Source: the human T2T-CHM13v2.0 reference genome, Homo sapiens. Taken from it: a stretch of DNA of 64,000 nt. The stretch lies in the NCBI RefSeq assembly GCF_009914755.1, contig NC_060930.1; one strand, 5' to 3'. The notes beneath the pieces were generated by a model. It searched no databases. It worked only from the letters and a program-made list of their open reading frames with translations, and was not told the origin of the DNA. Positions 63,451 through 64,000 of the stretch are shown in pieces; position 1 is the stretch's first letter; each line of letters opens with the position of its first letter. The position numbers were made by a program, and so were the translations under genes.

Positions 63451-64000
63451 TCAGTTCCAGAGGGATTTAAAACAAATAAAAACAAAACTTTGAATTGTGG
63501 CAAATTTCACAATTAGACTAGTGTAAGTCACCCACAAGTACCTCACTCCCAGATTCAGTAATTATGAAGCCATGGTCAGTCTTACTCCCTCTTCCACCCA
63601 CTTTTCCTACTTCTTTGGGTTATTTTGAAGCTAGTGTTATTACTTTATAAATATTTTAATATATGCATTTGTACTTATCTCATTCTTTTCTATAGCTAAG
63701 GAGCAAAATACTTTGAGAACATGTGGCTACCTAGGTAAGGGGGAAGGTAAGAGAACTAAACATTAAATTAAAATATAAAATTCTTGCTATGTTTAAGGCA
63801 CTACATATGACAATCTGGGATATAATGATGTATAAATCTTATATATCTGCTAGGTCTGTAATATATAATTATAGTACTTAATTCAAACATCAGTCTGTGC
63901 AGATAATAGATTTCCCTTTATATATATATATTTTTTTTTACCTTGTTTATATTTTGCTTTTATTCTAAATGCCAAGTTTTGTTTTGTTTTAAGGGTAGAG

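Overview
Primate (human-like) euchromatic, Alu-dense, non-coding DNA, most likely part of a large intron. I find no credible protein-coding exon, CpG island, tRNA/rRNA or CRISPR. Nearly all ORF-track ORFs are Alu/L1/LTR/Tigger read-throughs. The window holds about 55 Alu/7SL-derived SINEs (FAM, FLAM, FRAM, AluJ/S/Y), one full-length 7SL retropseudogene, a complete Tigger1 stretched to about 6 kb by nested inserts, many solo LTRs (MaLR, ERV1, ERVL), old L1/L2/MIR fragments and hAT/Tigger MITEs. Repeat subfamily names come from my recollection of consensus sequences, and boundaries are approximate unless a TSD is quoted. I could not identify the host gene and see no evidence for a new multi-gene system. 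The most unusual items are small-scale: (1) a 161-bp local templated duplication with a junction hairpin, flanking 7-bp repeats and one-sided divergence; (2) a G-quadruplex/GC-box cassette inside an Alu; (3) two MaLR LTRs sharing one 5-bp target site, one with an inverted LTR nested in it; (4) an Alu trimer; (5) a 53-codon, almost purely hydrophobic ORF in a cryptic triplet repeat.
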